Source of the DNA: Utricularia gibba
Lineage: Eukaryota; Plantae; Magnoliophyta
DNA length: 64,000 bases
Assembly (NCBI GenBank): GCA_002189035.1
Contig: NEEC01000027.1
Span: forward strand, 1-64,000
Direction: 5' to 3'
The notes below the pieces were generated by a model. The model saw only the letters and a program-made list of their open reading frames with translations. It searched no databases and was not told the DNA's origin. The position numbers and the translations under genes were made by a program. Positions 12,224 to 24,685 of this stretch are shown here, piece after piece. Positions within the stretch are counted from its first letter, which is position 1; the number at the start of each line of letters is the position of its first letter.

Positions 12224-13128
12224 TGAATAACCTTGTAGATTTTGTAATCTCATACTGGTGATCTCAACTTTTTGCTAAATGCTAGAGAAATATCAAGAAA
12301 AAGTTTGTAAGCTACTACCTGCTGACTGCTAAATTTTAAAACCCAGAACACAGAAACATGAGCACCGTTTTTAAGCTGATTAGATCGTATGCCTTCTTAA
12401 ATTGTATCTGTCTTCTTGTGCTGATTGCACCCTATGCTGCTTTCTGTTCCTGTTTCTGGTTCGTTTGGGGAAGATATATTCTTATGGCAAGATAGACTAA
12501 TGTAAACCTCCTTACGTATAGGATGCACTACTTGTATGAATATCCTGGTGATACATGGTAGACCATGAAAGAGAAGGCCATCACCAGCTCAGAAGAGTTC
12601 AACCTGCAACCACTGTAGTTGTTTGTACTGCTGTCATTGTAGACTCGGATCCTGGTTCTAGTTTATGCGACCATGCAGTTGTCGTGCATTGGAAGAGTTG
12701 ATAACACAGTAACGCTGAAAGCAAGGCTTCCTGTGATCCCTCGAGTTAGGCCAATGGCGTTTGTTCACATTCGCGTTTCTGCTATTAATGTTATTCACTG
12801 GACGAGAGAAGGCATAGCACAGTCAAATGGTGTCCATGCAGACAACCAGAGCTTGCGAATGGTGCTTTTGTATTTAATTTTTATTTGGTTATTCCTTTTT
12901 TTTCACAGTAGGTATTACACAAAATTGAAAAAAATGCAAGAAAGAGCGCAAAACAACGCCATGTTTGACTAGCACCAGAGACATACATGATCGATCTAAC
13001 GAGTGACTGCTACTACATACTGGGCATGTGCTGTATTGGATTTTGATCTCCCGGGCCTTGGATGATGTTGCGTATTCTGTACAACTTTCATCTCAAGACA
13101 ACCGTCACCTTCATCCATCCATCAATTA

Positions 13129-16100
13129 CTAACTGCAGATTGCCTCCACGGATAGTTTCTTCACTACACCAGGACAAGGATCCCCTCCGAATATCTCAGG
13201 CGTAACTGGGACCGTGCACATTTGCTGGCCAACACAGTACTGCATAAACGCAAAAGGCATAGCATGAATGACTACTGGAATCAAGCGAACCCCTAGACAA
13301 ATTAAAAGGTATATAGAGAACACTAAAAGATGTGAATACCCTCTGGAAAACATCATAAGAATGGAATGCATGGCAGCTTCCCTCACGGAAATTTCCGCAG
13401 CTACCTTGTGGAGTTCCAAAGCTCGCAAATTTGATAGAAGAAATCTTTTGGCCTGCAGCACATGAAAGATGAGCTTTTGGCCTCAACGGCTTGTTGACTT
13501 TCCCTGATGATAGTAACTGCCAGTTCACCAACGTTGGCTGCCATTCTTGAATATCTGCGCATACACTTCCTACTACTCTTTTCACCATTGAGATCCCGTG
13601 AGGGTCACCTCCCCATTCTTCGAATACAACCAGAAGATTCCCAGTTGGATAAAGCCATGATCGAGGAACATGGTACCTGAAGATTCAATGTTTTTGAGAT
13701 CTGAATCTAGAGAAGCCAAAACACCGTATGCGCATATCATTACCATCTCTGAGAAGCTTCACCACAATTACTTGCACATTTTTTCTCATTAAACCAACCC
13801 GCATAGTTGCAGGGAGAACAGTCTCCAGTTGCCTTGTATTGATTCCAGTACCTCCCAATGCTTTGCCCATTGATCCAAATTTGGCCCTTGCTCATGGTTC
13901 TCATATCTAGAGCCAGTGGCTCATCCCCACCTGGGGCATTGAAGTTGGTCTATATAATACAGCAAACAGTGTCAGCATAGATATGGCTGCAAATGAAAGG
14001 CATCATGGGCAAGATTCTGGTTCAAGACTGGCTCACTAACTCAAAAATAACAATGTATGATCATCAGAAATGATGCTGTTCACTTTGCTATGATCCAAAA
14101 GACCTGGTGGTGATGTGTTTATTTTTTGAAAAATAAAATGGATTTTTACATAGCAAACTTAGCTTGGCCACTTTGACTTTACTATATGTGCATATATCTA
14201 TTCCACCCAAAGCAGATTTCGTAGTTAAGCATGGCTACCTTGTACCAAGTCAGGGGCTGCCTTTGACCTATGTATGATCCTTGCATCCATTCGACAGAAC
14301 TGCTTCCAGTCACTGTATGAAGACTCAGAAATTCTCCTTTTAGACCAACCTGCCCATAAAAGGAATGTTAATGCTGGAAAAGTCATATGATTCATTGAGA
14401 AGCGTTTTAGGTTCACAAGATAACCTGGTAAGTCCATTTTTGCCATGTCAGGTCCATTTTCCCTTTGTTAAGACCAGTGAGTGAAACAGGCCCAAGAATA
14501 CCAGCATTCCATCTTTCAAAGTGTGTGCCGACGTTCTGCATTCAACAACCAAGCACTTAATACTTGAAACACACGTAAAACACCAAATTAGGTGAAGGAT
14601 AAGGCTCATGTAGTAAAGAAAGAAGATATAACTAACCGGGAGGCCTACAGCTATGCTCAAGAGTTCAATCTGGTTCACTCCAGCTTTAAGATTTACACTA
14701 CCACTGAAAGTAACTCTTGGTTCTTCTAGCCTTCCATAGGCGGTTCCTGTGAAATCAGCATAAATGAATAAAGTGAAGCCAATATACACAGCTCACGCTC
14801 TCTTAATCATGAAGGAAGTTTACAGCAAAAGAGATATGCATCGGTTGCTCACCAGCTAGCTGCCCATTTATAAAAACATGCAAAGCATGGCCTGCAGATA
14901 AAACCGTAAGAATAGGCCACTTTCCACCTTTTAGAAAACTTTCACTGGGATCAATTATCACCCTGGGAAATAGTTGTGAGGGAAGGAAAAGCACAATTAG
15001 ATAAGTAATGCAAGATGACTTTTTCGAGTCAATGTTAATAGTAACTATGAAGGATGCTTACTCTGTACTATACCACAAATAATCCGTGTTGTCTCTTGTG
15101 ATATTAACCTGCTCAACTAACCCCACCACTGAAAATAAATTGCCGTGATGAAGTGATGTCTCTTCATAGTATGATTTCCAGTTAAACTCATTGCTTATTG
15201 GGGCCATCTCCATTTTTGCCGTTTGAGCACCAAGCTTGATAAAGAAAAACTCATGAGACATAAATAAACGCCCTGTCCAGCATGAAAAGATCTACTAAAA
15301 AGTATTTTTTATTACCATTGCAGTATTGTAAACAACGTTCTTGCAATCAGGGAGGATGCTGATAGACCATGGAGGCAAGTTATGTTTCCCATTCCAAAAT
15401 GACAAAGTTGCATATGAGTTTTGATCATAGTTTGCAAGAAACGCAGCACAAGCTCCGGATTTGGATTTATAGACATGAGCCTGAGTGGTGGATAAAAACA
15501 GGAAGGTTTACATCTCGCACATTGTGAAAATGAAGATTTGGGGTAAGTGAATGCAGCGAACCTGCTGCGAGCTTCCAAGAGTTGTAACTGTGAGGTCTCC
15601 ATATAACAAAGCAGGCTCACAGAGCTTGATTGCTCTATGCAAATCTTTCAAGTGTCCCCATTTTGGTTCCCTCAGAAGCCCTGATCACCGATAACAAAAC
15701 TCTTGTGGTTAGTATCTTGCTCAAAAATCATTTATGGTTTAAAGCAATGGATCAGTGTTTTGCGGCATACAGATCCTTTGGTGAATGTGACGTCTAAAAA
15801 TCATTCAGAAAGCAGTTTTTGTCTTTCACAAGAAGACCACATTCCCTGCATCATAATTATCTTCTTCCTTTTGTCAATAGCAAAGGTATCAAAGAGATAA
15901 GAGATACTACGTCTTTATTCATACAGACTTGCATTAGAGCCTCTTCAAGTCACATGGATTTTTAGCTGTTACTCATTTGCTTTTCTTTTATTAACCTATA
16001 ATATAGTTTCTTCCTAATTAGCAAAAAAAGTATTCATACTTAAGACTCTCAGCTACGTCTCACATTTGACTCCAAAATTTGGAATAGTATAATGTGCTTC

Positions 16101-17969
16101 AGGTTGAAATATACTTGCAACAGAACAGGCCTAAAGCATCTGTGCACAAAAAATAAAAAACAAAACATACCAAATTCATCAATCGGGGCATCATAGTCAT
16201 AACTGGTAGCTATAAATGGGCCACCAGCAGTTCGCCCAAAGTTTGTTCCACCATGATACTAGTAGTCAGAAAAAGATTGATTAGCTAGCTGCATCGTGAC
16301 TTAAAGCCTAAACTCATAACTTTCAGTATATTATGTTCACCATGTAGTAATTAATATACGAGCCGCCATTTTGAATAAATCTGGCAACAGCAAATGCCAA
16401 ATCCTCAACTGGACGGCGAGGAACTGCACCACCAAATTCAGTGTACCTATAAGACCATGAAGCCTTTGATATTTTCCTTGAAGTAAATAAAATCTCAGTA
16501 CATGATGCCATAAGTAAAACATCCACGCATTTACCATCCAGTCCATGCTTCAGTCCACATCTTTGGCTTATATGGCTTGTTAGGATGGAAGTAGTCACAA
16601 TAGAAACCATTGCAGGTGTTGATCTGCATGACCGGAGAAATAGTTGTTATGCTAGTAACCACAGGGGAAAAGACTTTATCCTAGCATTACAAGACTTTCT
16701 AAGATAATATACATAAGAGGAATAACATACTACGGGATCTGGGGCATCATCTTGCTTGCACATGACCCATGGAACGCCAGTACCAAGATCCACGGCCATT
16801 TTTGCAGCCCACTGTGCATAAGCTTTACCTGGTTCACCGAGCACCCACTCAAGTGGTCCATATTCATTCTCAATCTACCAAAAAATATTATTACTTTTTA
16901 TTTTAATCCTGAATCTCTGATAAGCGAATAAGCACTACGAATGATTCTAGATTAAGCACCCTTGAGAATTTATATACCTGAGATAATATGATCGGGCCAC
17001 CCTGAGTTGCAAACAACTTTTCAGCTTTCATCATATTCACAATCTTGGTGGTGAACTTTTGCATGGCATCCTGTGTGAAAGCAAAACGGCAGCTTTAAGA
17101 GAACGCCTGGACGCTATTCAACTCTAGCACATAAGCCAACACCAATTTAGCGTAGGGCCCTATAAGGCTTCAATAAAAATTTGCCTTAGCTATTGTCTCA
17201 GTACTGAAGTTGAATCAATTCAATGCAAGATATCTAAGACACAGGTGCCAAACGAGGGTTGTCCAACCTTGAAAGGGCCATTGTCTGTCCTGAAGCTAAT
17301 GCCTGGAACGTACTTGAGCCATACTGGAAAGGCACTGTAGTCCAAAATGGGAAAAAAGAAAGTTCCAGTAAAACAGTAATACTTCTGCTGATGTGGAGTT
17401 CATTCATCAAAACGTATATTTTGATCTTAGAGAATTACCCAAAGTTCCATTCAGCGCAGGCATAAGGGCCAATTCTGAGATGAAGATAAAGCCCTGCTTG
17501 CTGCACTAGCCTGATAAACCTTACCAAATCATATCTTTCTTCAAAATAGTACTGCAGGAGGTGAAACATTCAAAGAAAAAAAATTCATCATCAGCTAGGC
17601 AACATAATAATACCATAAGCGTGTCAAACAAGCTTTACTCACGTTTCCAGGCTGAGGCTCATGGCCGTTCCAGAAAACATAGGTCTGAATCACGTCAATC
17701 CCACCCTCTTTAGCCTTTTGAATGAGACTCGGCCACATCTGCATCACCAACAAGTTTTAAAGCTGTCGGTGGACATATCTCAAAGATGTAAACAAGATAA
17801 ATGGATGCACCTCAGGAGTACTCCTTGGATAGTGAATGGATCCAGAGAAAAGAATCTTCTTCTGGCCATTTATTGAAATGCCTCTGGAGTCATATGAAAC
17901 ATAAGCATCACAGAAGGCCAATGAACTCAACAACATTGCCACTAGCATGGATGAGAATTTAGTCCACAT
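13129..17969 (-). CDS. BGAL1: GH35 beta-galactosidase with signal peptide and C-terminal galactose-binding lectin domain (BGAL1-like), 19 exons
   Basis: Motifs [79 protein letters not shown] and [18 protein letters not shown]. Exons traced in frame. The first ATG is at 17969 (the track start at 17990 is TTG). Confidence 0.95.
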
Positions 17970-20900
17970 TGCTCTATTCTGAAAATCCAACCCCCCGTTT
18001 GAGGATTGCAGGCTTTAAGGAGAAAGGAGGAATGCAGCAGGGCAAGAAGCACTTCTGCAAACCTGTACAAGGAAGGAAGCTCTCGGAGTTGATTCGTCGT
18101 GAAACTGGGAGCTTCTGCTTCTGCTTTTATACACGGCAACGGGAATAAAAACATTTTTCTTTTCCATATTTTTGTGATAATACAAAACTTACTTTATGTT
18201 TGTAATTACAGAACAGGGTGTTATTTAAAATTTGCTCACCGGATCTTAGACATGATGCCCAAGAGTTAATCGTACCGGACGGACCGGCCCCAATCCCATT
18301 ATTATCCCTGTGGGTCCCATTTTGACCTATCTGTGAATTCCAGCAGCAGATCCTTTGAGCTGCTGTACTCGTCCTGCGTCACACAAGGCTTTTCTTCCCA
18401 CGATATCCGGGATGATGCTAAATAGGAATTCGGAATGGGGCCGTGGGTAGAGTATACGCAAATCAAAACCATCTATCTCGTGCTACTTGAGAAAAGAAGA
18501 AGGCTGGCTGGCTGGCTGTTAGATAGACTTTTAGTAGTTGGGTGCCCCATTTATTCTGTAATGTAACCTCTAAGTTAAATAAAGTATCGGGATCCCGCCC
18601 CGCCGCCCGGCCTCCTTGCGTTGTTCCGATTAAGATTTCCTAATTCCTCCATTACACAAGAAAATAAAGTCGCAACCAACACTCCAATTCATAAATAAGT
18701 AGCTAGGTGCATGACATTTTCATACGTTAGTTGCGAGGCGACATCCGGCCAAACTCATCATGCATTTGGGCAGCAGCAGTTAGGGGGTTGAGGAGGGAGA
18801 CAGACGCTTTGGCACCATTCGCAATCACAAAACCTTATTTATTGTTTATGATGATAGACTTGGGATGCAAGTGAAGTGGGTCATGTGAATCCTTTTAAAT
18901 TTAAAAGGGAAAACTATGCAATTGCTGACCGCAGCAAAAATAGGCGAAATTCTCCAAAAAAAAACAAATGGACGCAGGCATAATTATCTGACCACGCAAG
19001 CACACTTATCTGCCCTGCCCAGCCCAGCCCATCTGTCTTGTTTATATATGTATGTATTACTCAAAAGCAAGTTGTCGAATGGAATGGAATAGAAGCGAAT
19101 TCAATGTTAATAGGAGGGAATGAAGAATCCCTTGGTCGTGCTTTTGTCAACGTGTATCATATCGAATAATGAAGCATTAGGGTAGGTGGTTATTATGGGT
19201 TGGGTTGGGCTAGTGGGAGCGCGCCGCGTGGGTGTAGTTGTGGCCTACCCACCCTATCGGGCATTCTATTTGCTATTTGGGACACCGGAACCAAAGACAA
19301 CTCCTACTGCCCATGCTACAACCCTACACCCTAAACATTTTTTTTTTTTTTGGTTAATACTCGGATGTGGACTTGCGTTCTTGTACTACTCAGGTATGAG
19401 GAAATGCACTTCTATCCTATCTACTCCCAATTGTGCTATATCCCTTTTGTATCTTCCATCTTTCAGAGGTACAGAAGCAAACAAATTGGAGTAACAGGTG
19501 TTTTGTGGATGCCCCGCCCCAATCGAGATCACACGACAGGCCTTACAACAACAGCCAACAGGTGCTTGGTCGAACCCTCAATACTTTTTGAATTCGAAAA
19601 CCCAATCTAAATCTCATACGTGAAAAAAAAAAATCCATAAAAGCGGACTCCAAAACTGAAACAAATTCGCTGCACGCGCCCCACTCGACAGGTTAACATT
19701 TTGAACTGGTTGGCGATAGAAACGCAGGCAGATTTCCTGGATCAGGACGACACCTACACAAGTGTTGGAGGATCGCACCTGCGACAAACAAAGATTACAT
19801 GTGGGACACGTTTCATCCCTAGTGATAATCATCCAAACCATGGATTTAGACGAAAACAAGATATTATAAAAGCTTGTGGGATTAAATGTTACGTAAGCGT
19901 ATTGAGGGGGTGTTGTCCGTTTCCCCAGGTTGCTGTGGCAACTCACCTCACCATACTTATCATGAGTAACGCACGAATGGTGTATGCGGATAGCCCTGCC
20001 CTGCCACATAATCAGATAGGCTTCACAACACGTTGGCCGGATAACGACCCTCGCCGCCCCCCTCGCAAATCCGTTATCCGTTGGCTCACGCACACATGGA
20101 AGATTTATAATCCCCACATCGTGCACATACATAAACAGCTATCAAAATCGATGGACAACAACAGATATAAAAATCTAATGGCACCATTTGTGTTTTCCAA
20201 TACTTGCTCTATCCACCTGAGTCTTCTAAAGAAACGCAAGTGTCTATCCTTTGATAAGATATACCCCGTAAGAATGGAGTGCACACCTCATACCTCATCC
20301 CATAGTGCACGGCAGTTGATAAGAATGGATGTCTACATGAAAACAATAGTGATTGCGGAGGGCAAAAGGATTCAGTATTTGAATGACATGGCCTACCTGT
20401 CTCCTCCAATTCATTACGCAACGAGGAGAGAACGAAGCACAAGGCTCTCAAGGCTGTACTGAACCCATTACCCACACAAAATCCGCTGCATTCTAACAGT
20501 CCATCACTAAAGTGTTATCATGGGCCGGGTCACGAGAGCTACATGCATTATGCACTCATTCATTAGATGAAACCAATGCATTCAAGTGAACTGCATCATC
20601 GTACACTGATTTGAAATACAGAGAATCAAAGTCTAAAACACAATCCGCACAGGACTCGCATTAAAGATACGGACTGCATTAGCGTTTTTACGTTACGTTA
20701 GATCCGACCTGGGCCGAGCCTGATCTAGGTCAAATTGCTATTTGGACTTATGTTTTGGATCCATGGCCCCAAGATCCAACATCAAACACAGGTCACAATA
20801 CATTCTAAAATTGAACCGGACAAAAGGAGGCCTATGGATGGCCTAAAACATTGGTTGGGCCAGCCCAACTGGCCAAGTGTTGCTTATTCTGGGTTTAGGC

Positions 20901-21502
20901 TTGCTGTGCAAAAACAATAAAAGAGGTCTAGGTAGAGCATGTCCACAATCCCACCTTTTTTTGCCATGCTCACCTCCATATTGCAATATTTTAATGAGCT
21001 GTAGGCATAAATGGGAACAACTAATCCGTACACTTGTGATAAAAAGTGTTTTTCGTTTGCAAGATTTTGCAGCATCATGGACATAACACACATGCAATGA
21101 ACCTAAACAAGATGACAAGGCCGCTGTATTTGTATTTTCTTTCGTTAGGGCTCAGTGGAGGAAAAATAAAGTGCCTGCGAGCATATATAGCTTTATCCAA
21201 ATGATCAGTGATTCTTGAGGACAACTGCCTCATTAGACAAGAGCCCAAGAAGAACCACACGCAAACGACATGAACATAAAGCAGGTATTCAACAGCAAAC
21301 CTCATGAACGCAGTCACCAGTGTAAACTACTGAAGCAGGAAGGAACAAAAACTCCTCGAGTTTCCACTATAACTAACTCTAAACAGCAAACCACACCACT
21401 AATAATCCAAAATAGGATTTGGGGCATACTTGCAAACAAACAATGAAGGGAATACTATCAAATGAATAAAATCATGAATAATCAATTCGAGTAGGCGAAT
21501 CG

Positions 21503-21821
21503 ATGAGTACCATGAGTATTCTCGGAAGCATCTACTTCCAAACCAAGTACGCCATTGTGATACTCCTGATTCTGTTCCTTAGCCTTCTCTGGCACCCGAT
21601 CTCCCTCATAGTCTTCATCATCATGATGGCAGTGTGGATCTTCCTCTACTTCCTCCGCGAACAGCCCCTGATGCTATTCGCCCGACAAATCTCCGATCGG
21701 GTAGTGATGATTGCGCTTTTGGTGGTGACGACGGCGGGCCACACTTAATGTTCTGGAGGTGCTGATTCATGCTTCGGTCATGAAGACCGACCATTCGCCT
21801 ATCGATGCGGAGGCCTCCTAA
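21503..21821 (+). pseudogene. PRA1: 5'-truncated, internally deleted PRA1 (prenylated Rab acceptor, PRA1.F type) relic
   Basis: [46 protein letters not shown]...DRVV, then a frameshift to [27 protein letters not shown]. The N-terminal third and two hydrophobic stretches are missing. Confidence 0.82.
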
Positions 21822-22429
21822 GGTCCGCAGCCGCTTCCTCATGCTCATGAAGTCTTGGTGGTGCATTGATCCAATATGTTGTTGATATGTCATCAGCGCG
21901 ACATTCCAATGCCTTTAGATCACTAGTAAACTACCGTGTATCAGCTGCAGCTGATTCTTTCAATTTTTTTCCCATTCGGACTTTCTCTCGTTATCTACTC
22001 ACCATCCTCAGCATTTACAGACTAGGATACAAAAACACACTCAGGACTGATCCTCCGTCACGACTTGTCATATCTGTTGCAGAGGGTGACCCCTTCGCAG
22101 TGAATGAGCGACCCGTGTTGTCGTGGAAACTCGTGTTGTCTTGCTTTGCTACAGGCATCGCAGCCGGTATATAATACATTTAGATTAAAATGTTCGTCAG
22201 CTTCAACCATGAACAATAACACAGACATTCATGACCATGAGAGAACAAACCACACTCACTAATAGAAAATATTGATCTCACCCTCCCTGGGAAGCCTTAT
22301 AAACCAACCTTGTACAAGCCCTAATCCGACCTAACTGTCATATATGTTATTATAAGCTTGAGGAAGAGATACCTTGTTTTATTCTCACCTCAAAATGAGT
22401 GGGGAAGGTAGAAGGAATACAGATATGTA

Positions 22430-23110
22430 CTACTGAAAAGTAGAGCCGGGAGTGTAAATATGGAGATCTGGCCAGGGGCCCATGGTGCCATTCCAACGGT
22501 CTGCGTCGCCGCCCTGAGCACTCAAGAAACCATCGTCGCTGTCATTCCCACGAGCATTGCGGTTGCTATTCCCGGTATCCAACACAAGAGAATCCTTATT
22601 GTGATCGCTCAAGTGGGTCGCGCTGAGCCCAAATCCATCGGGAAAATGACCTCTACTCGGGCCCATCAAGGAGCCCAAGGTGTCCCCTCCTTGAATCAAT
22701 TTACCGAAATAGCCCGAGAAATTATTGCCTTTGGAGTTGGGATTGGGGCCAGGGGTAACGCCTGCTCCTTCCTGTTGTTCAGAAGCGGTTTCGGTTTCGT
22801 TGCTGCTTCTTTGGGAAGTAGAGGGTGGATTCGCCTTCGGGGAGGACTTGGCGGTGCGCTTGGCGTTCTTTCGAGATCCGCCACCGACAGGGACGTTCCT
22901 GAGGGACCCCCCTTTGGTCCAATAGCGTCGGCAGTTCCTGCAGTAGTGGCGTGGCTGTGATAGGTTGTAGTTGTTGAAATAGCAGAATTTGGTGTTGGTT
23001 GAATCGCAGCGCGGGCATTTTAAGTTCTCCTGTTCCGGAAACGCTTGCGAATTATGGGGATGCAGCACTTGCGCGTTCATCTGTGGATACATTGAGAAGG
23101 GGTCTTGCAT
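22430..23110 (-). CDS. Dof zinc-finger transcription factor (DOF1.7/DOF3.1-like), single exon
   Basis: [50 protein letters not shown] and C-terminal [11 protein letters not shown]. Confidence 0.95.
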   Translation of the reverse strand: MQDPFSMYPQMNAQVLHPHNSQAFPEQENLKCPRCDSTNTKFCYFNNYNLSQPRHYCRNCRRYWTKGGSLRNVPVGGGSRKNAKRTAKSSPKANPPSTSQRSSNETETASEQQEGAGVTPGPNPNSKGNNFSGYFGKLIQGGDTLGSLMGPSRGHFPDGFGLSATHLSDHNKDSLVLDTGNSNRNARGNDSDDGFLSAQGGDADRWNGTMGPWPDLHIYTPGSTFQ

Positions 23111-24685
23111 GTCGCGGAGTGAAGCGATCCTGGGACTCGAGTAGGGGATGGATAAAGGGGAATTTTATATCTGCCTGTCGTGGAGACGAGGAGCGACCGT
23201 AAATTGGGAATCCATCGGGAATGAGCGATAGACAAGCAGGGTGAAGGGAAAGGCTTGAATTGAACGTCAAATCCGGGAAATAAAAGATTAGATTAGATTC
23301 TCCAAGTTGATCGAAGACCATCCACTCCAAGAGAATGAAAGACAACTGGAGGGGCGAATACACTAGAATAGGAATAGGAGGAATGGAAATTGGTATAGGT
23401 GGGAATTGGGATGAATAACTGGAGTCGTATTTGAGCACACACATGAGCGTTGGGTTCATTGACGTGGGGCATGCAATTGTGCTGGAAATAGGAAGGAATC
23501 AGGCACCCAGTCTCATACTGCTGGGCAGACAAACAATAACCCAAGGTCTGGTTGTGCTTTTTTTTTTTTTCATCAAGATGGCCGGCGGGGCGCGTGTGAA
23601 GTAGGCGGATATCTATCCATCGATCGCCAGTCTCTGTCACAGACACACCGAGGGAGGGAGGCCCACCACGACACCAATTGATAGATATTCCACCAGGAGC
23701 TGGCTGCCCGTCTACATTACCATTACCACTACTACCACCCCAACCTCCAACCCCCCTCCGAACTCATCCAAATTAATGCTACACACATATCATCATCATC
23801 CAAATTTGATCACACAACAAATCTTACGTTATTCCGTTACTAAGTACATTCCCATTCCTTAAAAATGATACCTACACACTAGTATTTGTGAAACCGACAC
23901 AAACCCAATGTTCCGAGAGTGTGGGGTCCAAATCCCGCCCCCAATGGACGGTACGGCACACATGATCGAGGCTGCACCAAATCCTTCTTATCATACGCCG
24001 GCACCCCATGATCATGTGAACGGAATATCCGGCGGTGTAGCACACCTACCACTCATGATTAAAGGCTCACGCACAAAGGAAAAAACAATAACTGCGTGAC
24101 TCTCAGTTTGAAAAATTATTCTTGCTCAGTAATTTACAATCTCTGGATTTTCCACAGCTGAGAATGGAAGAAGGCAAGGGGAACAAACCATGAAACAAAG
24201 ATAGCAACGCAACAATCATTAGTACAAAAAAAAAAAAAAGCTGCCCGAGTGTTGTACAAAAGGAATACCGTATCAAATCTACAGCCAACAAGAATCGTCC
24301 TACAACATAATCATGAACATAACAATAATAGTAATAGTAATAATAAAGACGCGGATTGCAGCCAGCCACCCAGGCCGGCCCAGGTTAGTAGCAACACCAG
24401 CAAAGATTCCACCCGATCAGGTAAAAAACAGTTTCATTTTACCTCTCAATCGTCCTATTTGTGAGCGAGCTACGAATCACATGGCTTTCAGGCATCACGA
24501 CCAGAGCCCTTCTCTTTGAGAAGCAAAAAATTAAAGGAATATATTGCCTACGGCGTATGGGGTTTGCCTGTTTTGAGAGGCATCAATACTTCACGATACT
24601 GGATGCATGAACCTGTGGAGGTAATCTCATGTCAGGAAATGGCAAAACATGGATGTGCATGCAATAAAGCATGAGAACGCACATT

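Noticed and set aside
19614-20462. Long overlapping ORFs (253 aa plus strand, 172 aa minus strand) and a TCCCCACATCG motif at 20111
   Set aside because: Non-ATG start for the long ORF, no domain or codon-like pattern I recognise, and the USE-like motif has no correctly spaced TATA (nearest is 44 bp away).
20700-20880. GGCCC/GGGCC-rich patch with 7-bp inverted repeats; a similar patch lies at 51150-51240
   Set aside because: No termini or target-site duplication could be defined; stems this short are expected by chance.
22460-22960. Antisense ORFs over Dof, ERF (49286-49708) and WD40 (51711-52331, 52512-53012)
   Set aside because: Shadow ORFs typical of GC-rich coding sequence; the sense strand has the conserved domains.
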